From positions 3,691,943-3,732,542 of the forward strand of contig NC_068986.1 of assembly GCF_001194135.2 (NCBI RefSeq): a stretch of 40,600 bases of DNA, read 5' to 3'. How positions within the stretch are numbered: the first letter of the stretch is position 1; each line of letters begins with the position of its first letter. Below the pieces are notes generated by a model. The model was not told where the DNA came from and did not search any database. It saw only the letters and a program-made list of their open reading frames with translations. This document shows, piece after piece, positions 11,491 through 22,459 of this stretch. The translations under genes and the position numbers were made by a program. The DNA comes from Octopus bimaculoides (Eukaryota).

Positions 11491-11790
11491 AATATTTGAA
11501 GGCACTGACCGAATAAACAATCTGTCATCGGTTCGTATTGTGTCCGGTGTTGTGCTCTGTCCATCAATGGTCAAGATTGATAGATCTAAATGCAGTATAG
11601 AATTTTGCCTAACACAATCACAATTCAAATTGTCTACATTCTTAAACGATATCATGGTTAATATATTATTAAATTGTATTATTTTGATTCTTATCTTTAA
11701 AGAATATTTTAAAAATAGATTAGCACAATAAACAAATTTGTGTTGCCGGAAACAAAATAAAACAATGGTATCCATTCTTAGAAGGTTATA

Positions 11791-11988
11791 TAAGGCAGTG
11801 AATTGGCAGAAACGTTGGCACGCCGGACAAAATGTTTAGCGGCGTTTCACTCGTCGCCAGGGCCGATTTGCCTTCCAGCCTTTCATGGTCGATGAAGTAA
11901 GTACCATTTGAGTATTGGGATCGATGTGATCGATTAGCCCCATTCCCCCAAATTTCAGGCCTTGTGCCTATAGTAGAAGGGATTATTA
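11791..11988 (+). mobile_element. SINE family D copy (internally deleted)
   Basis: aaggcagtgaattggcagaaacgttggcacgccgg ... ggccttgtgcctatagtagaagggattatt. Confidence 0.85.
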
Positions 11989-12004
11989 AAAGGTTATCAG
12001 TATC

Positions 12005-12213
12005 AAGCTGGTAGAATCGTAAGTACACCGACCAAAATGCTTAACGGCATTTTTTCCGGCTCTTTACGTGTTGAATTAAAATTCCGCCGAGGTCGACTTT
12101 TCCTTTTATCCTTTCGGGGTCGATAAAATAAGTATCGGTTGAGCACTGGGATCGATGTAATCGGCTTACTCCTCCCTTACAATTGCTAGCCTTGTACCGA
12201 AATTTGAAACAAT
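12005..12213 (+). mobile_element. SINE family D copy
   Basis: agctggtagaatcgtaag ... aaattccgccgaggtcgac ... ccttgtaccgaaatttgaaac. Confidence 0.85.
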
Positions 12214-12465
12214 TAGAAAATTCTACGCGAAATATATAAAAATGTTAGTTAATTAAAAAAAATAAAAAGATTATGATAATTTAAAGACTTTATCTCTAGA
12301 AATTCAATAATTTAAAATATTCTACCGGCAGACTGAGAGTGAACGAAAAAAGTTATGCTGTTCAACAGCCTGCTAGTTGAGGAACCATATCTCTATCTAT
12401 ACCCTGTGATTAAGCTATATCTCCCATACAACCCATTTCTCTCTGCAATGTACTTCTCTCTACAA

Positions 12466-12984
12466 CAGGGGTGGAGAACCCCCCCCGCTTGCAGGCGCAA
12501 TTGCTTCCGTGAGCCCATTTTATTGCACCCGCAGGCTGGTATACTTGCATGTACAAATGTAGTAAATTTTTCAATTATAAAATTTATACAATATTCGTAT
12601 GTCTATTTGCGACAATAGGTAGCAAAACGGCTATACTCGAACAGAAAATCGTCCGGTAATTGCCATTGGAACGGAAATTTTGTTCTTACTATAAAACACA
12701 TATTTCTAGGTTTGTATCACCTCCTTGAGACCCAACTGCTCTTTAGCTGAAAAATATGGAATACTTCATAAGTAATATAAACATCCTAAATTCAGTGGCG
12801 GCGTTAATGAGAATATTACACATTAATTTAATGTCTTATACTTATCTTTATAAATATGTCTCGAATTACACATCGATATATACAAGATTCACACAGATAT
12901 AAGAGTTAGAACTTGTAATCCGCTCGCGGACCTTTTTCTTTGGAAATTTTTGCCCGCCGCACTAAAAAAGTTTCCTCACCCCTG
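12466..12984. mobile_element. hAT-superfamily MITE (519 bp)
   Basis: Termini CAGGGGTGGAGAAC ... AAGTTTCCTCACCCCTG. The 8-bp TSD is CTCTACAA (12458-65) / CTCCACAA (12985-92), one mismatch. No ORF. Confidence 0.85.
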
Positions 12985-13350
12985 CTCCACAACATAGCTC
13001 TTACTATAATTTATATAGAAGCCATACCTCGCTAGTAAAAAGGTATATTTCCATTTACAAAATACCCTTAATTACAATGTTCTGGTATAGATGAATACTT
13101 CCTCTCTACAATCAGCCTGTATAAAAGATGTCGATCGACATACTAGCTAGTACTCCAGTCTCTCTCAACTCAAATCTAACCACCTGAGAAAAGCACATAT
13201 TGCATAACTTAATTCTGGATTCCCTAAACATAAGAAAAAGATGGGATGGCCGCGGATGGAATGCCTTTAAATCATAATTTTTGCTTCATCAGAACAACAA
13301 CTGCAGAAATAATAATAATAATAACAATAGCAACAATGACAACAACCTAC

Positions 13351-13444
13351 TGGTATAACATATACACCTCTTCCCAATAAAAGGTCTGTTAGTGTTTTCT
13401 GTAAGCTGTGCGTTTGTGTATGCACACACTTGTATTACAGCGAG
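13351..13444 (-). CDS. Candidate upstream exon of the Ly6-like gene (unconfirmed)
   Basis: Strong acceptor ttcttttttttcttttacAG and possible donor A|GTAGGT. The 94-nt phase 0 to 1 reading is LAVIQVCAYTNAQLTENTNRPFIGKRCICYT, but its Cys pattern is not canonical LU. Confidence 0.3.
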
Positions 13445-14967
13445 CTGTAAAAGAAAAAAAGAATATGCGCACACAAGGTTTTCAAGATGAAATCAGATTG
13501 TTTTGTAACTGAAGATGATTACGCAAATAATTTGCAAAGAAAGGCAAAATTTGTACAAAGAAGTTTTCTACGCACATTCACAGTAAAAAGTTAGAGAAAA
13601 CATTGCTGAAATTGTAGAGATTAATAGCTCAGCGACGTCATCTACACAAAGTAGCAACAATTAAATTGATGTTAACATATTTAATGTAACAAGTTTCAAT
13701 AAACTCATTGGAACTAATTATGCAGTGAAGAAAACACAACACTAACCCAGTAATTAATATTTTAATCACTTCAGCAAGTACAGCAGACAACATCGGACAT
13801 GTTTCGGTATTAGTAGACATCTTCAGTGAACTATAGTTTTTGCTGTACCTCTCAAATTGTGTTAATGTTATATTAACACTATTATCAGTAAATATATGAC
13901 ATGTTTTGAGAGGCTCCACTCTGTTTAAAGTATTCAGGTCAGGTCTCCAGTTTGCAAATAATTTTCTCTCTTTTTCTCTGCAATCTTAGAAATCCTGAAA
14001 AAGGTCATTGATGATGCAGCCATTCCTTTTCTGTCTATATCAGTAAAGAAACTCTAACGAAATACATTAAAAAGAAAATAATGAATATTTATTGTAAAAT
14101 ATTCCAAACAATCTAACAAACAGTTCGAATATAGGGATAATAACAACCAAAACAGCGACACCTGTAGAGATTCATGCACTTAAATCGTTCATAGTGGCTG
14201 TATTAAAATTAACCCTGTCTCGATTTTAACGCAAACAAAATAAACAAAATAATTAGAATGAACACAATACCAAGAATAAAAAGAAAGCGGGAGAATTCTC
14301 TGAAATTAGACGTTGCTTATTTGCTGCAGAATATAATCCATAAGAGATAGAATAATATATATATCTGATTAGAATTACCTTTAAGACAGCAACTACGGTA
14401 AATACTTCCAACCAAGGAACGAAAATCCTCTCAGCCAAGGGAAGAAAAGTTATGGCACTATTTGCTGTTGTTTTAAAATCGAAAACTCAATCAAAACTCA
14501 GGCTGAGTTTAAACTTGTGTTCCAGTACATGGAGTAAAAAAATACTAGGCTGACCATAAGGGGCTTTGGAAACGATGTGGATGCTTGGCTGGACGTTACT
14601 TTTGTATCATAGTAGGATGAGTGGTTAAAGTAGAGCTAATGAAATATGACATATAATCAAAGCCGTACCAGAACTGTATCCAGTAAAAAGGGCGCTGAAA
14701 CGAAAGGCATTAGATTGATGGTACAGGGCAAAAAATCTAGTTGCTACTTATGTCATTGTAAGATCCTTTTATTTTGCAGAACTTGAAAGAATCTTTTACT
14801 TGAAGAATTTTAATGAACGTTACCCAAGAAAATGAGTAAAGAAAGTATAGAAGACCATCCAAGTGCAACAAGAACAACAAACTCCAGTTTCCAGAACATC
14901 ATCAAATCAAAATTCTGGGAATGAAGGGAAATTGCATTATGCCAGTTCGAGAAACAAGAATGATATT

Positions 14968-15179
14968 GGTTTCAAATTTTGGCCCTATGCCAGCAAATTC
15001 AGAGAAGGTAAGTCGATTAAATCGATCCCAGTGCACAACTGGTACTTAGTTTTACCGATCTCGAAATGATGAAAAGCAGAGTCGACCCTAGCAGAATTTG
15101 AACTCAGGACGTAAGGACGGACAATATTACGCTAAACATCTTGCCCGGCGTGTTTATGATTCTGCCAGCTCGCCACCAT
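14968..15179 (-). mobile_element. SINE family D copy
   Basis: Minus strand reads atggtggcgagctggcagaatc ... gtcctgagttcaaattctgc ... gcatagggccaaaatttgaaacc. Confidence 0.85.
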
Positions 15180-15773
15180 TAACACCACTGTAATGTTGTG
15201 TGACTAGAAATTTGTAGCAGTTGCAAAGGAAATGCTCAAACACTCGAGGAAACACAAAAGCGGGAAACACATTCCCTCTTAAATTATAAGTCAACTTAAA
15301 GTTGATTAAACGAAGAGAAAGAAAAATCTCTTCCAAACAACAACGGTGCTGCTCGCTAGAAAATTAAAGAAGAAAATAAAGAGAAAGACGAAGAACTGAC
15401 TTTCACTGTCCTTTGAAAAATTAAGACCGATAACTAAGAGATAAATCACATACACAACACCAATCAGATCACACACCCTAATACGAACAAAAGGATATTA
15501 ACTACCCAATCACAAACACAAGCATTAAAGAACTAATAGATCACATACACCAACATACAAGTATCACACACAATAACTAACTACATGACATTAACTAATG
15601 GCATTCCATTACACATAAAAGTCATCTAGATATCACAGCATACATACAACGTTTTTAAGAGAGACAAAATAAAAATGCTACTGAAAGCACCCACATCCAA
15701 CCAGAAGAACGAAATACATGTCCTTCAATAGGAATAAGGCAAGTGACCCTTTTTAATCTTTCTCCTGTTCAAC

Positions 15774-17645
15774 ATGGCCTTAGTCAGAATAGGCAGTATA
15801 AATGCACATAGCTTGGATTCACATTGGAAGCAAGGCCGCCTGCTCGACTACCTCAAGTCACTCGGTATATATGTGTGGTGACCTGCGAGACCAAAGATTC
15901 CGATCCACAAGACTTCATGCCCATTTCTGGTGTATACGAAGTTTAATTATCTCCAAGTCGACCAGTAATCATTCAGTATCATGCATTCGGTCAGTCAAGG
16001 CTGTCCCATCTCTTCTGTATGTATTGACTCCTGAACCATGATAGCAGAAGTTAGAGACGTTGAGAAGCATCTCGCAGGAACCTAGGATATGGAAGAACCG
16101 TGTCGGCATACGCGGAAGATGTCACTGTAAAGTGTCGGACACCAGGCATATCAAAGTAATCAGTGCTGCTCTAAGGGACTATGTGGCGGTGACAGGAGCA
16201 AAAACCAATCAAGAAAAGTGGGCGTGCAGTCCATGCTGTTCAACAGCGTTGTGGTTTGCTAGACGGACGGACCGTTTAAATTAATTGGGGTATGGTTTGG
16301 TCAAGACCTTTATGTGGAGAAAAATTGGGATGAAATGACTATCAGAGAGGCTTATCTCACCCAGAAGAAAAGCTATCGCCGAGAGGTCGGACAGAGGTGG
16401 CAAACGCTTACATCACCTCCGTCATATATTATTGTCTGACCGTCGTGCCTTTCTCATTAGACTAGAACGCCCATTCTTCCGATTTATTTGATAGGGACAC
16501 ATTCCGCTGATAAGGCGCTGTATTTGCTGTTAACACTCATTGAGTGGGTGATTAGGCATGTCGTAACTGATGATGCACAAACATGCGCCAAGGTTGCCAT
16601 ATCTCCATCGTTTCCTTGGCGGTGGTCATGTGTGGCCACCGTTTGTTAGACTTGCTTTTCTACCTCTCGTCTCTTTGATAGAGCTGCAGTCCTGGATCAA
16701 ATGTTGATTGGGACAGGACGCTTGGCACCTATAGTGTCGTTAGGTGTCCATAGCCCTCTACCAGTCGGGCAATGCGGTCGGTGAAAGTTTTGTTTTAGAT
16801 TTCTATTGCGGGTTAGTGGCAAGCAAGAGCAACAACGTTCTCGGGGAGTCTCTGGTTGTCGACTAGTATCAACTGGCTAGTGTGTTTTAGAGGACTTTCG
16901 GGACGGAGTTCTTGTATAATTTCCAGCAATCCCTATCCTGACAGTACTATCGGTTGTTGGGGTGCATTGCCAATTCGAGATAAACTCTATAGGCATGGAA
17001 GTACTGTTAAACGGACCTACCTGAGATGTGCGCAGAGCGACTAAGCTCTTTTACATGCAATCGTTCAATGCCTGAGCATTGCTGACTTATGAAGTTATTT
17101 TAAACACCAGTAGTCGCGTATAGGACGACCTGTCTTTATCTATCTGATGGTCTTAACAAAAGAGGTTGTGTGATGGAGTGGACTGAAAGGGCTGAAGGCA
17201 AATATCTTTAGCTAAGCCCTTATCACCTTTTTCAAATTTCATAGGAAGTCATTTAGCCAAGCCTTTACCATCTTTTTCGAGATTCATAGGAAACAGAAAT
17301 CGAGGGTGAAGAGAGAAGTGTTGCCTTCAAGTAATTTTGCTGAACTGTGGATAAGAGTGGCAAGGATGGTCCGACTGAAGGAGCTTGCACTTAGCATGGA
17401 CCTGTAGATTAGGAGAAGAGGGTAGGCAGAGGGTACTTGCCCTACTGGTCAGGAACACCGTGGTTTTGTGGGGTTTCCACGAGCAGCTCCGGAAGTCTTC
17501 CCTCTTCTGGCGGAAATAGTTCTTTGATTTTTTGGTTTCTGTTATTTTACTGTTTACATCCATTTATATAACTCTAATATGTATTGTATCGTACTGTACT
17601 GTCCTCGATCGTTTTGTAAACTCTTAGTGGTTAATGAGAAAAACA
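15774..17645 (+). mobile_element. Decayed, internally deleted L1/Tx1-clade LINE ORF2 plus 3' UTR
   Basis: MALVRIGSINAHSL (APE start), QGCP..LLYVL..EP, VSAYAEDVTV (YADD-like), GAKTNQEK, GVWFGQDLYVEKNW and KLSPRGRTEVANAYITSVIYY. Most of the endonuclease and N-terminal RT are missing. The 3' boundary is approximate. Confidence 0.82.
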
Positions 17646-17647
17646 TT

Positions 17648-17681
<34 letters not shown>

Positions 17682-17694
17682 TCATCATCATCAT
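17648..17694. repeat. (GTC)n(ATC)n microsatellite
   Basis: Seen directly; adjoins the N gap at 17704-17768. Confidence 0.95.
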
Positions 17695-17696
17695 TA

Positions 17697-18033
17697 AGGC
17701 AGCNNNNNNNNNNNNNNNNNNNNNNNNNNNNNNNNNNNNNNNNNNNNNNNNNNNNNNNNNNNNNNNNNTTTGCCTTCATCCTTTCCGAGTCGACAAAATA
17801 AGTTCTAGCTTACCCCCTCCCTCGAAATTGCTGGCACAAGGCCAGCAATTTCGAGGGAGTGAGGTAAGTCGATTACATCGACCCCAATACTCAGCTGGAA
17901 CTTATTTTATCGACCCGGAAAGGATGAAAGGCAAAGTCGACCTCGGCAGCATTTGAACTAAGAACGTAAAGACGGACGAAATACCGCTAAGCTTTCGGCC
18001 CGGCGTGCAAACGATTCTACCAGATCACCGCCT
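17697..18033. mobile_element. Tail-to-tail fused inverted pair of SINE family D copies
   Basis: A plus copy (gap inside) runs to 17835 and a minus copy spans 17841-18033. The junction forms a perfect 19-bp stem with a 5-nt loop. Confidence 0.85.
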
Positions 18034-19562
18034 TAATTGACTAAAGCAATATTGAAGAAGAGTTTGTAAATAAGTGAAGTTTCTTACTCCTTAAATAATT
18101 TCTTAAGTTGAAGACGTAAGTAAAAGATGAAGTAAAAGTTTTGATTTGAGTTTCCTTATCTAATCGCTACCAAAACGAAATTGTAGCATATAAATAACAA
18201 TATAAAAATACAAACTTGGTTCGGTAGTTATAGCTTAAGATTTAAGCGTCAAATTTGATATTAAAACATAGCTTAACATATTCAGTTTTTCATTTCGCAG
18301 CTAGAGAAAACCAGCCGAATGAAAATGCGAGGTTAATTTACTAATAATTATCTGAAGAAGTTTGAAACGCATAGCAGGTTAAAATGCTAATATAGAACAA
18401 AATCAAATTCTCAAGTCACAGACTATTAACGGCATATTTATTATAATGACTATCTCATAGCAAAAGTCATAACAGTAAGTTTTATTAGTTTTTAAAACCT
18501 TCGTGAGTGTAAATTAGCAAATTCCCTTGCTTTGTCCACCAGAAAAAGACATCTCTACTCTCTGTAACATATTAATGTCCAGCAGCTTTGAACATGACAT
18601 TCAATTTTATAGTTAATAGCATGGTCATGTTCTCTTCGACTTTCTCAGTTTCATTGCCCTTTTCAATGGGAAACATTCCGTTTAATTATGCCGCAGCTTC
18701 TGATCAATACAGCTGTGTCATCTCTTGATTAGAAACATTGATTCCGAGTAACTGTTGAATTGCATCGGTAGATTTACGATATGCATTAATTTTGTCTAAT
18801 CTGACAACAGATTTATCACATAGTATCTGTGTAATATGTACACTGCATGCGTTAAGTAACAAGGTTATATCAAGAGACAAGAACAGAGTTGGGCTACTCT
18901 TCGAAAACAATCCCGAAATCAAACTAAAAGAACACATATACCCTACAAATTCGCTCGTGTTTATTGTGGTTTATCTCCGGTTCGGCTTGGGATTGATCAG
19001 ACCTATGATCATCGGCATTCTTCCTTTTTAAGACAGTAAAGTGTGGTTTGAAATAAATTTAGCTGTTTTTTTTTATAAACTTGTATGTCTCTCTAGATGC
19101 GAACATGTCCTACACTACTACATCGTTTACTGGTTGCTGAGATTTGCGCAACTGATTGAGCTATGCTATTTACTATTCAACTTGATTATCACATTGCTAA
19201 TTCATGTATCAAATGTATACTATACTGCCATAGTAACACTGAGAAAACATATTAACATACCCCATTTCTGGGTTTTCATCAATGTTCGTAATGAATATAT
19301 AAATGTTACTACGAAACAATAACATCGGATATAAACCCGACAAGAGATTCTTGATCTTATTAAATAATTGGGAGTGAAACATAAATAAAGCGTTATAAAC
19401 TCTTGACTTTGTTTTCATAATCTTAATTAATTCAACAAATATATTCAACGCAATTAAACCCAACACACATCCTGTTTAACTATTGAGATGTAGTCTCGTC
19501 TTCTCTTTCCTCCCTTGTTACTCAAATAAAATTCATAGCGACTACACTTCTATGACATTTAG

Positions 19563-20011
19563 ACACACACACACACACACANNNNNNNNNNNNNNNNNNN
19601 NNNNNNNNNNNNNNNNNNNNNNNNNNNNNNNNNNNNNNNNNNNNNNNNNNNNNNNNNNNNNNNNNNNNNNNNNNNNNNNNNNNNNNNNNNNNNNNNNNNN
19701 NNNNNNNNNNNNNNNNNNNNNNNNNNNNNNNNNNNNNNNNNNNNNNNNNNNNNNNNNNNNNNNNNNNNNNNNNNNNNNNNNNNNNNNNNNNNNNNNNNNN
19801 NNNNNNNNNNNNNNNNNNNNNNNNNNNNNNNNNNNNNNNNNNNNNNNNNNNNNNNNNNNNNNNNNNNNNNNNNNNNNNNNNNNNNNNNNNNNNNNNNNNN
19901 NNNNNNNNNNNNNNNNNNNNNNNNNNNNNNNNNNNNNNNNNNNNNNNNNNNNNNNNNNNNNNNNNNNNNNNNNNNNNNNNNNNNNNNNNNNNNNNNNNNN
20001 NNNNNNNNNNN

Positions 20012-20048
<37 letters not shown>

Positions 20049-20066
20049 CATACATACACACACACA
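19563..20066. repeat. (CA)n flanking a 430-N assembly gap
   Basis: Seen directly. Confidence 0.95.
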
Positions 20067-20096
20067 TGCGTGTTTATGCATGTTTGTATTTATGCA

Positions 20097-20530
20097 TGAT
20101 TAGAGGTCTTCCGTGTGGTCTCTTCCGCTCACGCGAGTAACACTGGACAACTTCACGGGTCCACCGATCGTCTGTGAACCTGGCAACCTCCTAACCAGCC
20201 CATCGTAGCTTCGCGTGGTGGTATTCTGTGACACGTCATTCACTCCAGTTCTGTCTCTGATCTTCTCGTTCTGAATTTGATCCCTTAGCGAGATTCCCAA
20301 CATCGAACTTTCTATGGTTCTCTACGCCGCAAGCAGATGTTGTTTTTCTACATTCATCAAGGCCCAGGTCTCACATGCGTACAGCATTGCAGGCAAGACA
20401 GTACTATTGAAGGTGGGAAGATGATTTAAGAAGAATGTTAGGGAGCAACGCGAAGGAGAATGGCGAGAAAACGAGGGAAATGGAGTGAATGCTGTGACTA
20501 GCGGAGCCGACTCGGCACCAGACAGCCTGG
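20097..20530 (+). mobile_element. RTE-clade LINE 3' fragment with inverted 5' part
   Basis: The minus segment 20410-20097 reads FNSTVLPAMLYACETWAL...MLGISLRDQI...RKRPHGRPLI. The plus segment from 20411 reads RWEDDLRRMLG... and ends in (GATCCAGGT)2. Confidence 0.85.
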
Positions 20531-20766
20531 CCGATCCAGGTGATCCAGGTACTTATGTACGTGTGCGCTTATGTATGTGTCTATTTATGTACGTGTGTGT
20601 GTATTTATGTATGTGTGTGATTATGTATGTGTGGATTTATGCGTGCGTTTTCATGTGTAGTACAAGTGAGACAGGTTTACAGTGCATTGGAAACAACTTC
20701 GAAATTATATTATTTTAACGTCAGATTTGAAATAACTTCTTAATACCGCGGTCAATGTGTTTATGA

Positions 20767-20990
20767 ATGTGCGTATGTATGTATGTATGTACGTATGTAT
20801 GTATGTATGTATGTATGTGTGTGTGTTTGTATGTATGTATGCGTGTATGTATGCGTGTATGTATGTATGTATGTATGTATGTATGTATGTATGTATGTAT
20901 GTATGTATGTGTGTGTGTATGTATGTGTATATATGTGTGTATATGTGTGTATGTTTGTGTGTGAATGTGTGTATGTGTGCATGTATGTGT
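20767..20990. repeat. (TATG)/(TG)n microsatellite
   Basis: Seen directly. Confidence 0.95.
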
Positions 20991-21254
20991 ATATTTAGGG
21001 AATGTGAAATTGGAAAATGGTAAAATTGGAATTTGAATGGAAACAAAGTTAAACTACATTGAGTAGTGAGGTAAAAAAAAAAGGTAGCAGAAAACCGTTA
21101 CTTCTGATTCTGGCCTTAAATTTTAGCGGTAACTGTCACATTTTGATGCCACTAACCAATAGTTTAATTTCGTTTCCTATTATTATTTTCCTTATCCCTG
21201 CAAATTTCAGTTTTTCTATTTTTTAATTTAACATTCCCTAAGTACATACGTACT

Positions 21255-21465
21255 TACACATACATGGACGCACACACGAGCATCCACACACACACATGCA
21301 CACACACGCACGCTCACACACAAACACACACACACAGACGTACACACTGGCATTCACACACACAGGAACCTACTCTCACACATGCACAAACACAAATACT
21401 GCCAACCCCGACCACCACCACCACCACAACCACCACTGCCACCACCACTACCACTACAAACAACA
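21255..21465. repeat. Degenerate (CA)n and (ACC)n microsatellites
   Basis: Seen directly. Confidence 0.9.
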
Positions 21466-22297
21466 ACAAGCGATTGTTATTTTCTTTAGATCACTGGAAG
21501 AATGGATAGAATAGTCGATGTCGGTGGTATCTAATCTGGAAACTAGGCTGTCCCATAATAATTATTTCTTATAGAGGAAGACATCTATATCTACTTTGAA
21601 CAACAAAAAACAACAACAAAAACAACATTGGGATTATGTGATATTATGTATTTGCCAAAGTTATTAGTGAAGTAAGTGAAAATAAGCTGTAATCTTTGTC
21701 TGAGAATATATTTTACCAATGCTAAGCACAGGTAAATTCAGATCAAAATCTTGTTTACGCTTCTGTAAGATGCTCTAGTTTCTTTCAGAAACTTAGAAGA
21801 CATAAATAAGCGATCCCTGATGAGTAGTTAATGAAAGACGAAACTTGTCAGTGTGAAGTATCATATTAAACTGGCTAAATTGGCAATAATTTTTATCTCA
21901 GGGTGAAATTTCGTAGTGAGATATGTTTAACATAGTTTTCATTGTTGTGCCCCAGAGGAGAGGGCAGTACTAACAGGCTTTGCAGGCACTATCACTGCGT
22001 ATCGACGTGATTAATGTTGCGAGTTGACTGTTGCAGAGGGAGAATATGTTCAGTGAAAGAATTTCGGAAAACCGACTTTCTATGGAGGAAGAATTGAACG
22101 AAGTGGATCTAGGAATGGATGGGTGCATGAGTAAGTGTCTTTGTGGGTACATTACGGACAAAGAGAAAGGGAGAAACGAGTCGAAGTGCCTGAGTGCAGA
22201 GGGTATACATAATTATTCATAAGTCACGTTGTATTTGTACTGATAGTTATTCAGCTATTTATAGATTGTTCGAATGTTTGTATGAGTAAGTCTTTCT

Positions 22298-22426
22298 ACT
22301 ATTGGCACAGGGCATGAAGTTTGGGGGAAGGGGGTTTGTCAATTACATCGAACTTCAGTGCTCAACTGGTACTTATATCATCACCCCCGAAAGGATGAAG
22401 GGCAGAGTCGACCTTAACGGCATTTG
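22298..22426 (-). mobile_element. 3' half of SINE family D
   Basis: gattacatcga-like segment, gtgctcaactggtactta ... cccgaaaggatgaagggcagagtcgacc. Confidence 0.75.
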
Positions 22427-22459
22427 TATTTGCGTTCGTATTTATAGGGACGAGGATGA

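Noticed and set aside
11383-11775. 130-aa minus ORF inside the Ly6-like intron
   Set aside because: The 3' third is antisense SINE tail; there is no LU Cys pattern or recognisable domain.
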